From NCBI GenBank assembly GCA_964460975.1, contig CAYWTN010000001.1, positions 61,202-125,201 on the forward strand: a DNA stretch of 64,000 bases, read 5' to 3'. This DNA is from an uncultured Pseudomonadales bacterium (lineage in GTDB: Bacteria > Patescibacteriota > Microgenomatia > UBA1400 > UBA1396). The first letter of the stretch is position 1; each line of letters opens with the position of its first letter. The position numbers were made by a program, and so were the translations under genes. The notes below the pieces were generated by a model. It saw nothing but the letters and a program-made list of their open reading frames with translations. It was not told where the DNA came from and ran no database searches. Below are positions 21,745 to 30,851 of the stretch, in pieces.

Positions 21745-22641
21745 TTACATTGATTTTAGCCTGGAAATTCTTTCCGGAATAGGCGGATGCGTTGCAAACA
21801 GACCTGCAAACCAGCCCACCGCATCGTGGTGATTTTTAAGCGGGTTGGCAATATAAAGATGCGCGGTGGCTTTATTGGCAGCCTCCAGGGGTTCTTTGTC
21901 CGCATCTAACTTGGCGAGAGCGCTGGCCAATCCTTGAGGGTAGCCAGTCATCTTGGCGCCAGTAGCATCAGCCAAATACTCGCGATTGCGTGAAACGGCC
22001 AACTGAATCATTTGCGCTACAAAAGGAGATAACAGCGCCAAAACAATTCCCACCAGGAAAAAGACGGCACCCATGTTTCCTTCTTTCTCTTCACTACTCT
22101 TTCTCCCCCCGCCAAAACGCAGGAAGAAATCGGCAAGCAAGGCAATCATGCCCACCATGACCGAGACAACCGTCATGAGTCGGATATCATAGTTCTTAAT
22201 GTGAGCCAGTTCATGCGCCATCACTCCTTCGATCTCGGTACGGTCTAAACGAGCTAATAAACCAGTTGTAGCGCAAACCGCCGCATGATTGGGATCGCGC
22301 CCGGTAGCAAAAGCATTCATGGCTGTATCCTCGATGACATAGAGTTTTGGCATGGGCATCCTCGTTGCTAAACAAAGATTTTCCATGACGGTGAAAAACG
22401 TGAAATCTTTTTTTCGATCCGCTGGACGAGCTCCAGAAAGACTCAAAACGAGCGAGTCTGAGGTCCAGTACCCAACCACCGAGCCAAAACTCGAAAAGAC
22501 GAGTGCGGCGATCCATGCCTCAGGCCCATAACCCAATGCGCGCGCAAAGACATACAGAACGGCAAAAACAAAGGCAAAAAAGCCTGCCAAGATGAACCAT
22601 GTTCGGCGCTTATTCTGGGCAATAGACTGATACGTTGACAC
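21745..22641 (-). CDS. htpX: M48 family protease HtpX
   Basis: HEXXH motif (HELAHIKNYD). TM helices. Confidence 0.85.
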   Translation of the reverse strand: MSTYQSIAQNKRRTWFILAGFFAFVFAVLYVFARALGYGPEAWIAALVFSSFGSVVGYWTSDSLVLSLSGARPADRKKDFTFFTVMENLCLATRMPMPKLYVIEDTAMNAFATGRDPNHAAVCATTGLLARLDRTEIEGVMAHELAHIKNYDIRLMTVVSVMVGMIALLADFFLRFGGGRKSSEEKEGNMGAVFFLVGIVLALLSPFVAQMIQLAVSRNREYLADATGAKMTGYPQGLASALAKLDADKEPLEAANKATAHLYIANPLKNHHDAVGWFAGLFATHPPIPERISRLKSM

Positions 22642-22674
22642 CGTTCTTGTCCTCCTGTCTTAAAGAATCAAGCC

Positions 22675-23262
22675 CTAGAGCGAGACTTTGTGATCGTGCG
22701 TTTCATCCTGAGAAACCTCAAGATGCGCACCCGTATTGGGAGTAGCAATTCCTGCCTGCTTGCGGAAGCCAAAGAGGCGAGCCACAAGATTAGAAGGGAA
22801 AACAACCAATTTTTCATTAAACTGTTGCGTAAGATCGATCACGGCACGGCGCGAATAAGTGAGCTTATCCGCGGTATCACGCAGCTCAGCCATAAATTGC
22901 TGCACCGTCTCATTACTCTTGAGTTCAGGATTATCCTCAACCAGAACCTGTAATTTTGGCAGAACAGCATTGAGTTGAGCTTGTGCTTCCTCGATAGCGG
23001 CACCAGAATGAGAAGTATTCGCGGCTTCTACAGCTTTACGAGCATCGGAGAGCTGGGTAAAGATCTCCTTTTCCTGCTTCATGAAAGCCTTCACCGAAGA
23101 CTCGAGGTTGGGAATCAAGCTGGCTTGACGCTTCAGCTGGTTACCAATTTCTTGGATAGCGGCTTCAATCTGGGTGAGCAGTGATTGCAAACCGTTGTAC
23201 ACCATAACGACATACACGCCGGCAATAACAACAACTCCGAGAAGAATAAATAGTGGTTCCAT
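22675..23262 (-). CDS. lemA: LemA family protein
   Basis: N-terminal TM helix plus LemA-like sequence (YNGLQSLLTQIEAAIQEIGNQLKRQASLIPNLESSV). The start is taken at MEPLF. Classic LemA-HtpX pair. Confidence 0.75.
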   Translation of the reverse strand: MEPLFILLGVVVIAGVYVVMVYNGLQSLLTQIEAAIQEIGNQLKRQASLIPNLESSVKAFMKQEKEIFTQLSDARKAVEAANTSHSGAAIEEAQAQLNAVLPKLQVLVEDNPELKSNETVQQFMAELRDTADKLTYSRRAVIDLTQQFNEKLVVFPSNLVARLFGFRKQAGIATPNTGAHLEVSQDETHDHKVSL

Positions 23263-23325
23263 ACTGGGACTCCTTCTTATGTGTTTAGTATAGCAAAACG
23301 AAACAAACAAAAAACGAACAATTTT

Positions 23326-23399
23326 GCGGCCGCGACCGGACTCGAACCGGCGATCTGCTCTGTGACAGAGAGCTATGTTAACCGGCTACACCACGCGAC
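23326..23399 (-). tRNA. tRNA-Asp (GTC)
   Basis: Cloverleaf on the minus strand: GGTCGCG-TG-GTGT-AGCCGGTTAA-CAT-A-GCTCT-CTGTCAC-AGAGC-AGATC-GCCGG-TTCGAGT-CCGGT-CGCGGCC-G. CCA is not encoded. Confidence 0.8.
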
Positions 23400-23566
23400 C
23401 CGGAATGAACAGAGCTTTATTGTACCCTTTTTTTGGCTTCTGGCAAGAACGAAGAGAGGTACACCACCCAATGCCATAACTCCCTCTTGCCTCTCGGCGC
23501 GAATTCCTATAGGTTGAGTAATTAACCCGAAAGAGAGCTTGCCCACTCAAGAAAAAGAGGAGAAAT

Positions 23567-24109
23567 ATGGCTGAGAAACCAGTTGTGAAAGTACAAACCG
23601 ATAGTGAATCCCTTATTAGTATGGTGCTGGGAGCCATGGTTGTTTTGGTGATTGGAGCGCTCCTTTTCTCCTACGTCCGTGACTGGCGCGCCAAGAACAA
23701 AACGGCTCAAAACACTGAAACCGAACAAACCGCTTCTCCACTCCCTGTTGTGGTGGAAGAGCTGCCCAAAGAAGGTGAAGTCACTTTTGAACAAAATGAC
23801 GAAGGCCAAGACGTGCCTACCAACCTGCCTGCGCAGTACACCGTCCAAGCTGGTGATTCCACCTGGAAAATCGCTCAGGCTTTCTACGGCTCGGGCTTTA
23901 ACTATGTGGATGTCGAAAAGGAAAATGGATTGGCTGCTGATCAAGGTTTGATCGTGGGTCAGGAACTTGTTATTCCTAAAGTGGCTGTCCGCACGGCTGA
24001 ATCGGCAGGTGCAACTGTCCGAGTCACCGGCCAGGCAACCACGGCTCCAGCAGGAACAGGCTCTGCCAAGGGTGATGACTCTGCAGCTCAGGAAGCAACT
24101 CAAGAGTAG
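23567..24109 (+). CDS. LysM domain protein with N-terminal TM helix
   Basis: YTVQAGDSTWKIAQAFYG...GQELVIP LysM motif. Confidence 0.7.
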   Translation: MAEKPVVKVQTDSESLISMVLGAMVVLVIGALLFSYVRDWRAKNKTAQNTETEQTASPLPVVVEELPKEGEVTFEQNDEGQDVPTNLPAQYTVQAGDSTWKIAQAFYGSGFNYVDVEKENGLAADQGLIVGQELVIPKVAVRTAESAGATVRVTGQATTAPAGTGSAKGDDSAAQEATQE

Positions 24110-24137
24110 TTTCCTTGCTCCAATGAAGTATTGATAT

Positions 24138-24165
24138 GCGCGCCGCCCCATTCGGGGCGGCGCGC
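24138..24165 (+). terminator. GC-rich hairpin (12-bp stem, tetraloop) downstream of the LysM gene; possible terminator lacking a U-tract
   Basis: GCGCGCCGCCCC-ATTC-GGGGCGGCGCGC followed by TATAAT rather than a T-run. Confidence 0.35.
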
Positions 24166-24178
24166 TATAATCCTCCCT

Positions 24179-24739
24179 ATGGCTGATTCCAATATCACAC
24201 TTATTGCTCTCGATGGGCGCGGTGGCTCAGGCAAGTCAACCTTAGCAAAAATGCTCTCCCAAAAGCTCGAAGCAGAGATTCTCCATATTGATGATTTCTC
24301 TGGGTTAGAAAACCCCACAAATTGGCATGAAAAAATCATTGCGAACATTCTCGAGCCAATAAAAAGTGGTGTCAAAGTACTCAGTTACCCTCGAGCCAAA
24401 TGGTGGCAAACGCACTATCCAGAACCAGTCGTGAATCAACCAGTCACTCCAATCATGATTTTGGAAGGAATTGGCGCACTTCGCCCAGAGTTAAAGCCCT
24501 ATATCGATTTTGGGATATTTGTAAACACCCCTCAAGACATTTGCTTTGAGAGAGGATTCCTGCGCGATCGAGGTCAGGACAATAAGACTGATCAGGAAAT
24601 CAAACAGATCTGGCAAGATTGGCAAAAAAAGGAAGAAGTATTTATGCAATCGTATAATCCTCTCGCTTCTGCCAATCAAGTTGTGGATGGCACACAACCA
24701 TTTGAGAATCAAGGAGACTTTACAAAATGGGACAAATAA
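24179..24739 (+). CDS. P-loop nucleoside/nucleotide kinase (uridine kinase/PRK family-like)
   Basis: LIALDGRGGSGKSTLAKMLS Walker A. ILEGIGAL resembles Udk. A second, Udk-like kinase in the window. Confidence 0.55.
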   Translation: MADSNITLIALDGRGGSGKSTLAKMLSQKLEAEILHIDDFSGLENPTNWHEKIIANILEPIKSGVKVLSYPRAKWWQTHYPEPVVNQPVTPIMILEGIGALRPELKPYIDFGIFVNTPQDICFERGFLRDRGQDNKTDQEIKQIWQDWQKKEEVFMQSYNPLASANQVVDGTQPFENQGDFTKWDK

Positions 24740-24753
24740 CAGAAGATCTCTCT

Positions 24754-24829
24754 TGGAGCCGACGATGGGACTTGAACCCATGACCTGCGGTTTACGATAC
24801 CGCCGCTCTACCAACTGAGCTACATCGGC
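24754..24829 (-). tRNA. tRNA-Thr (CGT) with encoded CCA
   Basis: GCCGATG-TA-GCTCAGTTGGTAGAGC-G-GCGGT-ATCGTAA-ACCGC-AGGTC-ATGGG-TTCAAGT-CCCAT-CGTCGGC-T-CCA. Confidence 0.85.
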
Positions 24830-24874
24830 AAGAAATTGATTGTACCATGTATAATAGAGAACTCGCCGCCTCTC

Positions 24875-24945
24875 TACCGGATGGTGAAATGGCATCACAG
24901 AGGCCTTTGAAGCCTTTATTCTAGGTTCGAGTCCTAGTCCGGTAA
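24875..24945 (+). tRNA. tRNA-Gln (TTG)
   Basis: TACCGGA-TG-GTGA-AATGGCA-TCAC-A-GAGGC-CTTTGAA-GCCTT-TATT-CTAGG-TTCGAGT-CCTAG-TCCGGTA-A. The U1-A72 pair is typical of bacterial tRNA-Gln. No encoded CCA. Convergent with tRNA-Thr. Confidence 0.6.
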
Positions 24946-25079
24946 CATAGCATTATCGAGAACCGTAGGTTCCGAGCCAAAACCTGAGCGTACTGGAAGC
25001 GAATGAAGTGAGCGAGCAGTAAATCCTCGTCCGGTAGCGAACCCTGGATAACAATTCACTCTCCCCAATAGTTCCTTCC

Positions 25080-25910
25080 CTATCTCAAATCACCATTCGC
25101 ATCGCGCTTGGCATAGAATTCGTTCGAATCGGACCAAGCATCCCCGGCCAAAGGCTGGGTTTTACCAGGTCTGTCCTTAAAGTTTATTGGGAGAAAAGCC
25201 TCAATATCAAACACTTCCAGGTATCGAACTCCACAACCATCCAGAAAAAGGACGAGTTTGTGATAATCTTTGTATTGCTTTCCTTCTAATCCCAGAACTA
25301 CCTGCTCAAAAAACTCCCGCACCTCCCGAAGTAACTCGGTTCTATCTTTACTTGAAAATGTGAATGACGCTCGTGCCTCTTCTGGGAGAAGAGCAAGGAG
25401 TTCTCTCTTGCGCTTCTTAAAATCCTGGAAGAACTGCCTCTCTTCATTTGCATCGATCATATACTCAACCAAAAAACGATCCCAACGATAACGAGGATCC
25501 AGCGTTCGCCCTATGCGGAAATAATGATAATGCTCTAAATCCCTAGCCTCTTCTTCTCTTTTTCCAAAACCTGCCAACCTTTGTACATCAGCAAGGAGGT
25601 CTTCAAAGAGATGAAAATTCTCATCTTTTATAGAGGCTATTGCGGCATCAATAAGTGCAATCCTCTCAGAGTGAGAGGGTAGAAAATAGGAAGCACGTAT
25701 GTTTGTAAAATCCTGCCGTTTTGCTTCTGGTATGAGCGCAATGAAACGATCAAACTCTAATGCTATAAAGCGATAGAGCTTATGCACCTCTTCTTTGGAG
25801 GAACCGTACCTATCGAGAAATCCCGTTGACTCAGCAATGATTGCATTCATTTGATCAATAGATCGAACCGCATCTTCTTGAGTTCTTCTTTCTCGCTCAG
25901 ATCTCGACAT
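25080..25910 (-). CDS. Hypothetical protein (276 aa, no recognisable domain)
   Basis: Long ORF with good coding look and charged residues. No motif recognised. Confidence 0.5.
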   Translation of the reverse strand: MSRSERERRTQEDAVRSIDQMNAIIAESTGFLDRYGSSKEEVHKLYRFIALEFDRFIALIPEAKRQDFTNIRASYFLPSHSERIALIDAAIASIKDENFHLFEDLLADVQRLAGFGKREEEARDLEHYHYFRIGRTLDPRYRWDRFLVEYMIDANEERQFFQDFKKRKRELLALLPEEARASFTFSSKDRTELLREVREFFEQVVLGLEGKQYKDYHKLVLFLDGCGVRYLEVFDIEAFLPINFKDRPGKTQPLAGDAWSDSNEFYAKRDANGDLR

Positions 25911-25955
25911 ACGCCCCCTGTGTTTTTCTCTGGTGATAATACATTATATCTTTAT

Positions 25956-26495
25956 TTAGTCTGCATTCAGCCATGGATCAGGCAAAAGTGCGCGCTGTTC
26001 ACGAGAAACTTCTGCTTCTTGCAAACCAATATACAGCCGATCGCCCGCCTGAAACGGCCAATCACTTGAGAAAGTTTCTTGTTCCCCGTTGCGAGAAACC
26101 CAAATTTTCTCCCCCTCTTGGGCACAGTACGTTTCTTCCTGGAATGTAAGGCAATTTTCAATAAGGGAAATACCGTGATCGGCAAAAAAATCGCCCCAAG
26201 TGGCGTCTGTGTCAAAAAACAAAATACTATTGGGATACTCTGGCATGAGAAAGGCGCGCTCACTGCGAAACTGCAGTTCTGGCGTACTCAGAGAAAGAAC
26301 TTTACCGCGAACAGAAATGAGCAAAGCGGCGCGCATGGGAGCAAGCAGCACTTTTTCCGTCTGTTCTTCAGAAGCGATTGCCAAGGGTTGAGAAACAGGT
26401 AATGGCTCAAATGACTGTTGGCTTCTCAAGCAACCACTGAGCAAAAACGTGGCTACCAAGAGAAAAAGAGAAGCAAGTCGCATGACGACAAGCAT
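25956..26495 (-). CDS. Putative lipoprotein
   Basis: N-terminal signal with LSGC lipobox. Confidence 0.5.
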   Translation of the reverse strand: MLVVMRLASLFLLVATFLLSGCLRSQQSFEPLPVSQPLAIASEEQTEKVLLAPMRAALLISVRGKVLSLSTPELQFRSERAFLMPEYPNSILFFDTDATWGDFFADHGISLIENCLTFQEETYCAQEGEKIWVSRNGEQETFSSDWPFQAGDRLYIGLQEAEVSREQRALLPDPWLNAD

Positions 26496-26545
26496 AGCAT
26501 CTTGACGCTTGTTCGCCTAGGATCTCTTCGATATAATGGCCATGT

Positions 26546-28054
26546 ATGTGGAATATTTTGCGCCGATCATTTACCCAAGCCATCACCGCTTGTCTTTTAG
26601 CCGCTGCCTTCTTCTTTCAAGCCAGCGCACCGGCTCTCGCCATTAATTACGCTGGTGGCACCTACACAAACCTCTGTGGAAGTGGTTACAGTGCCAACTC
26701 CCACAGCTGCAATGGCGGTTGTAACACCGGTTCTGGGAGTTGTAGTGCTGGCGGCAATTTTGTCGTGAAGTTTGTTTGTGATGGAAGACAGGGCGAATGT
26801 AGAAGCAACGAAAGCAGTTTCTCTACCAGCCAATCGGTGAGTGGCGTCGGTTGTGGTAAAACCGTTCAGATCGACGTTTTTAACAAAACCTGCCGTATGT
26901 CTAATGGCAGTTGGACTTGTGGCGACGGTGATCTCAAAGACTACATCGTTTGGTACTCTGGAGACTGTTCCAATAACAACCCTCCGCCAAGCAATCCTCA
27001 GCCCAAGCCAGATCCCACACCAACCCCTCCGGCCGATTCTTGTTCCAACTGGATGCCAATTGATGTGCAGTTCCGCAAGTCTGGAGAGACAAGCTGGACT
27101 ACCGGCTCACAGCTCACCAGGCAAGAACTCAAGGTAAACGATAAAGTTGATGCCTACTGTTTTGCCAAAAATGCTACCGCGAGTCTCAAAGACGCTAACA
27201 TGGAAATTCGCAAACCTGATGGCACAACCGAAAAGGTCAGTGGCGCACGGGTGAACGGCTACACGATTGCTCAAAACGGAGCCTACGTCTTCACCTGTAC
27301 TTCAAGCTCGCTGCGTCTCTGCTATGACAGTGATATGTTCAGCGTTCACGACAACCAAGTCAGCAGCTGTAGCGAACTTTCGGTGCTCAGTGGAAACGAT
27401 CAAACCGTGCCAGCCACCGTCAAGTTCCGAGCCGCTGGCAGAGATAATAAAGGTGATATCAAACAATACCGCTTCTTCTTTGGAGATGGCCAGCGAGTAG
27501 AAACGAGCCAAGCTGAAGTTGAGCACCGCTACGAAACATCGGGGAACTTCTGGGCCAAAGTTGAGGTAAAGGACACCAACGGCACCTGGAAAACCAGCAC
27601 GGCTTGTGAGGCCAGTGTTCGCCTCAAGTCATCCTCAATAGAGTCACACCGCTCTGGCTGCAGTGATGTCTTCATCCTGGAAGGCAATAATGCCGAAGCA
27701 CCAACCACGACTAAGTTCCGTATTACCGGCTTCGACAACAAAGGCGGCGTACAACAGTTCCGTTTAGATTTTGGCAACGGAATTGTCAAAGAACAATCTG
27801 GTGAGTACTTTGAGCAAACCTTTGATCAAGCTGGAACCTACAGTATCAAAGGCTACGTGAAAGATAGTCAAGGCAACTGGAAAGGTGGCGAAGGAAGCTG
27901 CGCCCCAACACTCTATGTGAAGACCAAGCCTCTCACCACGCAGCCCAAGACCGGAACGCCAACCAATATCTCCATCTTTGCTATTACGAGTGGATTTATT
28001 GGAACAGTGATGCTCATGCGCCACTTGAGAGTTGCCAAGAAGCACACCCGCTAA
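26546..28054 (+). CDS. Secreted surface protein with Cys-rich N-terminal region, two PKD-like repeats and a C-terminal sortase-type sorting signal
   Basis: Signal peptide. Repeats ...VKFRAAGRDNKGDIKQYRFFFGDGQ...HRYETSGNFWAKVEVKDTNG and ...TKFRITGFDNKGGVQQFRLDFGNG...GTYSIKGYVKDSQG are PKD-like. The C-terminus is LTTQPKTG + hydrophobic helix + RHLRVAKKHTR. Confidence 0.7.
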   Translation: MWNILRRSFTQAITACLLAAAFFFQASAPALAINYAGGTYTNLCGSGYSANSHSCNGGCNTGSGSCSAGGNFVVKFVCDGRQGECRSNESSFSTSQSVSGVGCGKTVQIDVFNKTCRMSNGSWTCGDGDLKDYIVWYSGDCSNNNPPPSNPQPKPDPTPTPPADSCSNWMPIDVQFRKSGETSWTTGSQLTRQELKVNDKVDAYCFAKNATASLKDANMEIRKPDGTTEKVSGARVNGYTIAQNGAYVFTCTSSSLRLCYDSDMFSVHDNQVSSCSELSVLSGNDQTVPATVKFRAAGRDNKGDIKQYRFFFGDGQRVETSQAEVEHRYETSGNFWAKVEVKDTNGTWKTSTACEASVRLKSSSIESHRSGCSDVFILEGNNAEAPTTTKFRITGFDNKGGVQQFRLDFGNGIVKEQSGEYFEQTFDQAGTYSIKGYVKDSQGNWKGGEGSCAPTLYVKTKPLTTQPKTGTPTNISIFAITSGFIGTVMLMRHLRVAKKHTR

Positions 28055-28067
28055 CAGAAAGGAACGC

Positions 28068-28775
28068 ATGGCTGCCCACCATGCTCAAGCACAGATTCCT
28101 CGACGTCGATTCCTCCCCTCTTTTGGGATCGCCTCGGCTGTGTTTGTTGCAATAGCGGTTGGTCTCCTCCTCTTTTTCCTCTGGTGGCTTCTCTTTGTGA
28201 TTGGCCCCGTGGTGGGTATCGAGGTGAAATACCGGCTCACAACGCTTAGCCGAAACGTTTTCGGCACCACCGAGGTGGCGAGCATCTTTTTCCCAAACCT
28301 CAAAGTAGATCTCCGAGGCTACGAAAGCGAACATCGCGAAAATGGCATCACAATCCCCAAAATTTTTGTTGACGAACCAGTTATTTATAACGTCGATCCC
28401 AATAATGCTGATATCTACAACGCCGCGCTCAAACAAGGCATAGCCCATGCCTCGGGGACATCATTCCCAGACAATGGAAATCTTGGCTACTACTTTGCGC
28501 ACTCCAGCGCGCCAGAGTTCCGCAGCCAATACAACGCAATTTTCTATCTTCTGGGAAAGTTGGAATCTGGCGACAGTATCTTTCTCTGGCATCACGGGAA
28601 ACGCTACGAGTATGAGGTTGCCTGGACACTCGAGACCACACCAGAAAACGTGAGCTTCCTGCATGATACCTACGACAAAGAAACGATCGTTCTGCAGACC
28701 TGCTGGCCAGCGGGTACAACCAGAGGCCGTCTCCTTGTTTTTGCCCAGCGCGTGGAAGACTCCTCAGACAAGTAA
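28068..28775 (+). CDS. Sortase family transpeptidase
   Basis: N-terminal TM helix. Conserved VLQTCWP (TLXTC-type catalytic Cys motif) and a His-containing region. Immediately downstream of, and overlapping, the putative substrate gene. Confidence 0.65.
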   Translation: MAAHHAQAQIPRRRFLPSFGIASAVFVAIAVGLLLFFLWWLLFVIGPVVGIEVKYRLTTLSRNVFGTTEVASIFFPNLKVDLRGYESEHRENGITIPKIFVDEPVIYNVDPNNADIYNAALKQGIAHASGTSFPDNGNLGYYFAHSSAPEFRSQYNAIFYLLGKLESGDSIFLWHHGKRYEYEVAWTLETTPENVSFLHDTYDKETIVLQTCWPAGTTRGRLLVFAQRVEDSSDK

Positions 28776-28779
28776 AAAA

Positions 28780-29100
28780 ATGGTATCATTGCCATATATG
28801 CGTGGATTTATAGATTTTATTCGTGAACAAGGTGTTGTGGGTCTGGCCGTGGGTTTTATCCTCGGTGGCTCCGTTTCTAAAGTGGTAAGTTCCATTGTGA
28901 ACGACCTCATCAACCCAATTGTGGGAATTGCCCTGGGAGCCGCCGGAGATCTGTCTGATGCTTCTCTCAAAGTGGGATCCGCAGAGATTCTCTATGGCAA
29001 CTTTATTAATACCGCTATCGATTTTCTTATCATTGCAGCCGTGGTGTACTTTGGTGTCCGTTTGCTCAAGCTGGACAAACTCGATCGTAAAAAGAACTAA
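28780..29100 (+). CDS. mscL: Large-conductance mechanosensitive channel
   Basis: MRGFIDFIREQGVVGLAVGFILGGSVSKVVSSIVNDLINP... is typical MscL. About 105-135 aa depending on start. Confidence 0.8.
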   Translation: MVSLPYMRGFIDFIREQGVVGLAVGFILGGSVSKVVSSIVNDLINPIVGIALGAAGDLSDASLKVGSAEILYGNFINTAIDFLIIAAVVYFGVRLLKLDKLDRKKN

Positions 29101-29106
29101 CCTGCT

Positions 29107-29553
29107 ATGAAAATTGAACGTATCCGCACCGGCGTGAAGGCTTTTATTGTGCACGAAGGGAAAATCCTTGTGCTCAAGGAGCGTGTTCGTCGCCATGGCG
29201 TTGAGACCATTATTCATGATCTACCAGGCGGAGGTATTGAGCTTGGCGAGACCTTGCACGAGGCACTGATCCGCGAAGTGCAGGAAGAAGTTGGTTTGCA
29301 GATTGCCATCGAACGGCCGGTAGGAAGCTGGGAGTTTCTTATCGATAATCCAGAAGGTGGCGTCCACATTGTCTGCCTTGGCTTTCAGTGCAGCCTCGTT
29401 GGCAAACCAGAGATCGACCTCACACGTAATCCAGCACAAGAAGATATCTTTGAAACCTTTTGGGCAACCAAAGAAGAGCTCATGCAATCTGGCGAAATAT
29501 TTCCAAAACAAGATCTCCAACTCACTCTGGCAAATCTTCAGATACCCAACTAG
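29107..29553 (+). CDS. NUDIX hydrolase
   Basis: Nudix box GGGIELGETLHEALIREVQEEVGL. Confidence 0.8.
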   Translation: MKIERIRTGVKAFIVHEGKILVLKERVRRHGVETIIHDLPGGGIELGETLHEALIREVQEEVGLQIAIERPVGSWEFLIDNPEGGVHIVCLGFQCSLVGKPEIDLTRNPAQEDIFETFWATKEELMQSGEIFPKQDLQLTLANLQIPN

Positions 29554-29558
29554 CTTCC

Positions 29559-30155
29559 CTACTCCGTCACCGCGCTCAGGTGATCGACAAAATTGAGATG
29601 CTGGGGAGTGAGTTGTGGCTCAAGCTCCAAAGTAGTGATTGAACAGTTATACACGGAGAACTCTCTTCCTTCTTGGTACTCTTTATAGAGCGGAACAAGC
29701 TCATCATCTGGGAAGAAATTTCGGAGAAAATCGGCAATCGTACCGCCGTGCGTTACAAAAACAACATGCTCTTGAGGGCGAGAGGGCAGCTGCGCCAGCA
29801 GCTGCTCGACACGCTTGCCCGTTTGCCGGGAAGAATCGCCAAAACGAGGTACATACTCACGATTGCGCGTTGAAGCAATCCACTCGTCAATAAACTCCTC
29901 TCGAGAAATACTGTCATCACCCCAATTCATACGCTCCAAAAGAAGCGGTGATTCCTGGAACTCCAGACCAAGCTCCTGGGCAATACCTTGTGCCGTCTGA
30001 GCGGTACGAGCCAGCGGACTACTCCAAATCTCCGCAATAGGAAAACGTTGCAGATACACACCTGTTTCTTTAGATTGCTGCTTGCCAAGATCGGTGAGTC
30101 CAGGGTCACCAACGTGCTCAAATTTCTGTCCATGACGAATAAGGTGGAGGGTCAT
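29559..30155 (-). CDS. Histidine phosphatase family protein (phosphoglycerate mutase-like)
   Basis: N-terminal LIRHGQ (RHG motif). Confidence 0.7.
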   Translation of the reverse strand: MTLHLIRHGQKFEHVGDPGLTDLGKQQSKETGVYLQRFPIAEIWSSPLARTAQTAQGIAQELGLEFQESPLLLERMNWGDDSISREEFIDEWIASTRNREYVPRFGDSSRQTGKRVEQLLAQLPSRPQEHVVFVTHGGTIADFLRNFFPDDELVPLYKEYQEGREFSVYNCSITTLELEPQLTPQHLNFVDHLSAVTE

Positions 30156-30178
30156 AAGCTGCAGTGTAACACAGCACT

Positions 30179-30826
30179 CTACACCGACTCCAAAAGCCTC
30201 TGAACGAGCTGGAGTGCCTGGGGATTTTGGCCACCTTCGGGGATGATAACGTCGGCAAAGCGCTTGCTGGGCTCCACAAACTGCTCATGCATAGGCTTGG
30301 TAAACGTCAGATACTGCTCAAGACCAAACTCGAAAGTTCTGCCACGCTCAGCCACATCGCGCGCCAAACGTCGCGCCAGGCGAATGTCTGGTTGTGTGTC
30401 TATAAAAATCTTGAGATCAAGGAGGTCTCGCAGTTGCGGATCGGTAAAAATGAGGATCCCTTCCAGCAAAATAACTGGCTGTGGAAGAGCACGATCCGTG
30501 CGCTTCATGCGGGTATGTTCAGAAAAATCGTAGACAGGCAGATCAACGGGTTTTCCACTCACGAGTGCATGGAGATGCTCAACGAGGAGATCGGTCTGCA
30601 GAGAATCCGGATGATCATAGTTGGTCTGCACGCGCTCCGCCATTGGCAGATGGGTTTGATCGCGGTAGTAGGAATCATGCTTGAGGTGCAAAATGCCTTT
30701 TGGCGCCAAGCGGGTGGCAATTTCCTGCGCAAAGGTCGTCTTACCCGAGCCGCTGCCACCACAAACGCCAATGAGGAACGGCTTTTGTAAAAAGGTTGAA
30801 GGGTTTTTGCGCAAAGGTGCCATCAA
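30179..30826 (-). CDS. udk: Uridine kinase
   Basis: Strong similarity to E. coli Udk: GVCGGSGSGKTT, NYDHPDSL, DLPVYDFSEHTR, ILLEGILIF and RDVAERGR. Confidence 0.9.
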   Translation of the reverse strand: MMAPLRKNPSTFLQKPFLIGVCGGSGSGKTTFAQEIATRLAPKGILHLKHDSYYRDQTHLPMAERVQTNYDHPDSLQTDLLVEHLHALVSGKPVDLPVYDFSEHTRMKRTDRALPQPVILLEGILIFTDPQLRDLLDLKIFIDTQPDIRLARRLARDVAERGRTFEFGLEQYLTFTKPMHEQFVEPSKRFADVIIPEGGQNPQALQLVQRLLESV

Positions 30827-30851
30827 AAATTGAGTGTAACACAGCAGCCTG

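Noticed and set aside
24131-24179. Sigma70-like promoter (TTGATA ... TATAAT) driving a leaderless kinase mRNA
   Set aside because: The hexamers are about 29 nt apart, far from the 17-nt optimum. TATAAT sits only 7 nt before the ATG. Likely coincidence next to the GC hairpin.
24491-24898. 135-aa minus-strand ORF spanning tRNA-Thr and tRNA-Gln
   Set aside because: Runs straight through two tRNA genes. Spurious.
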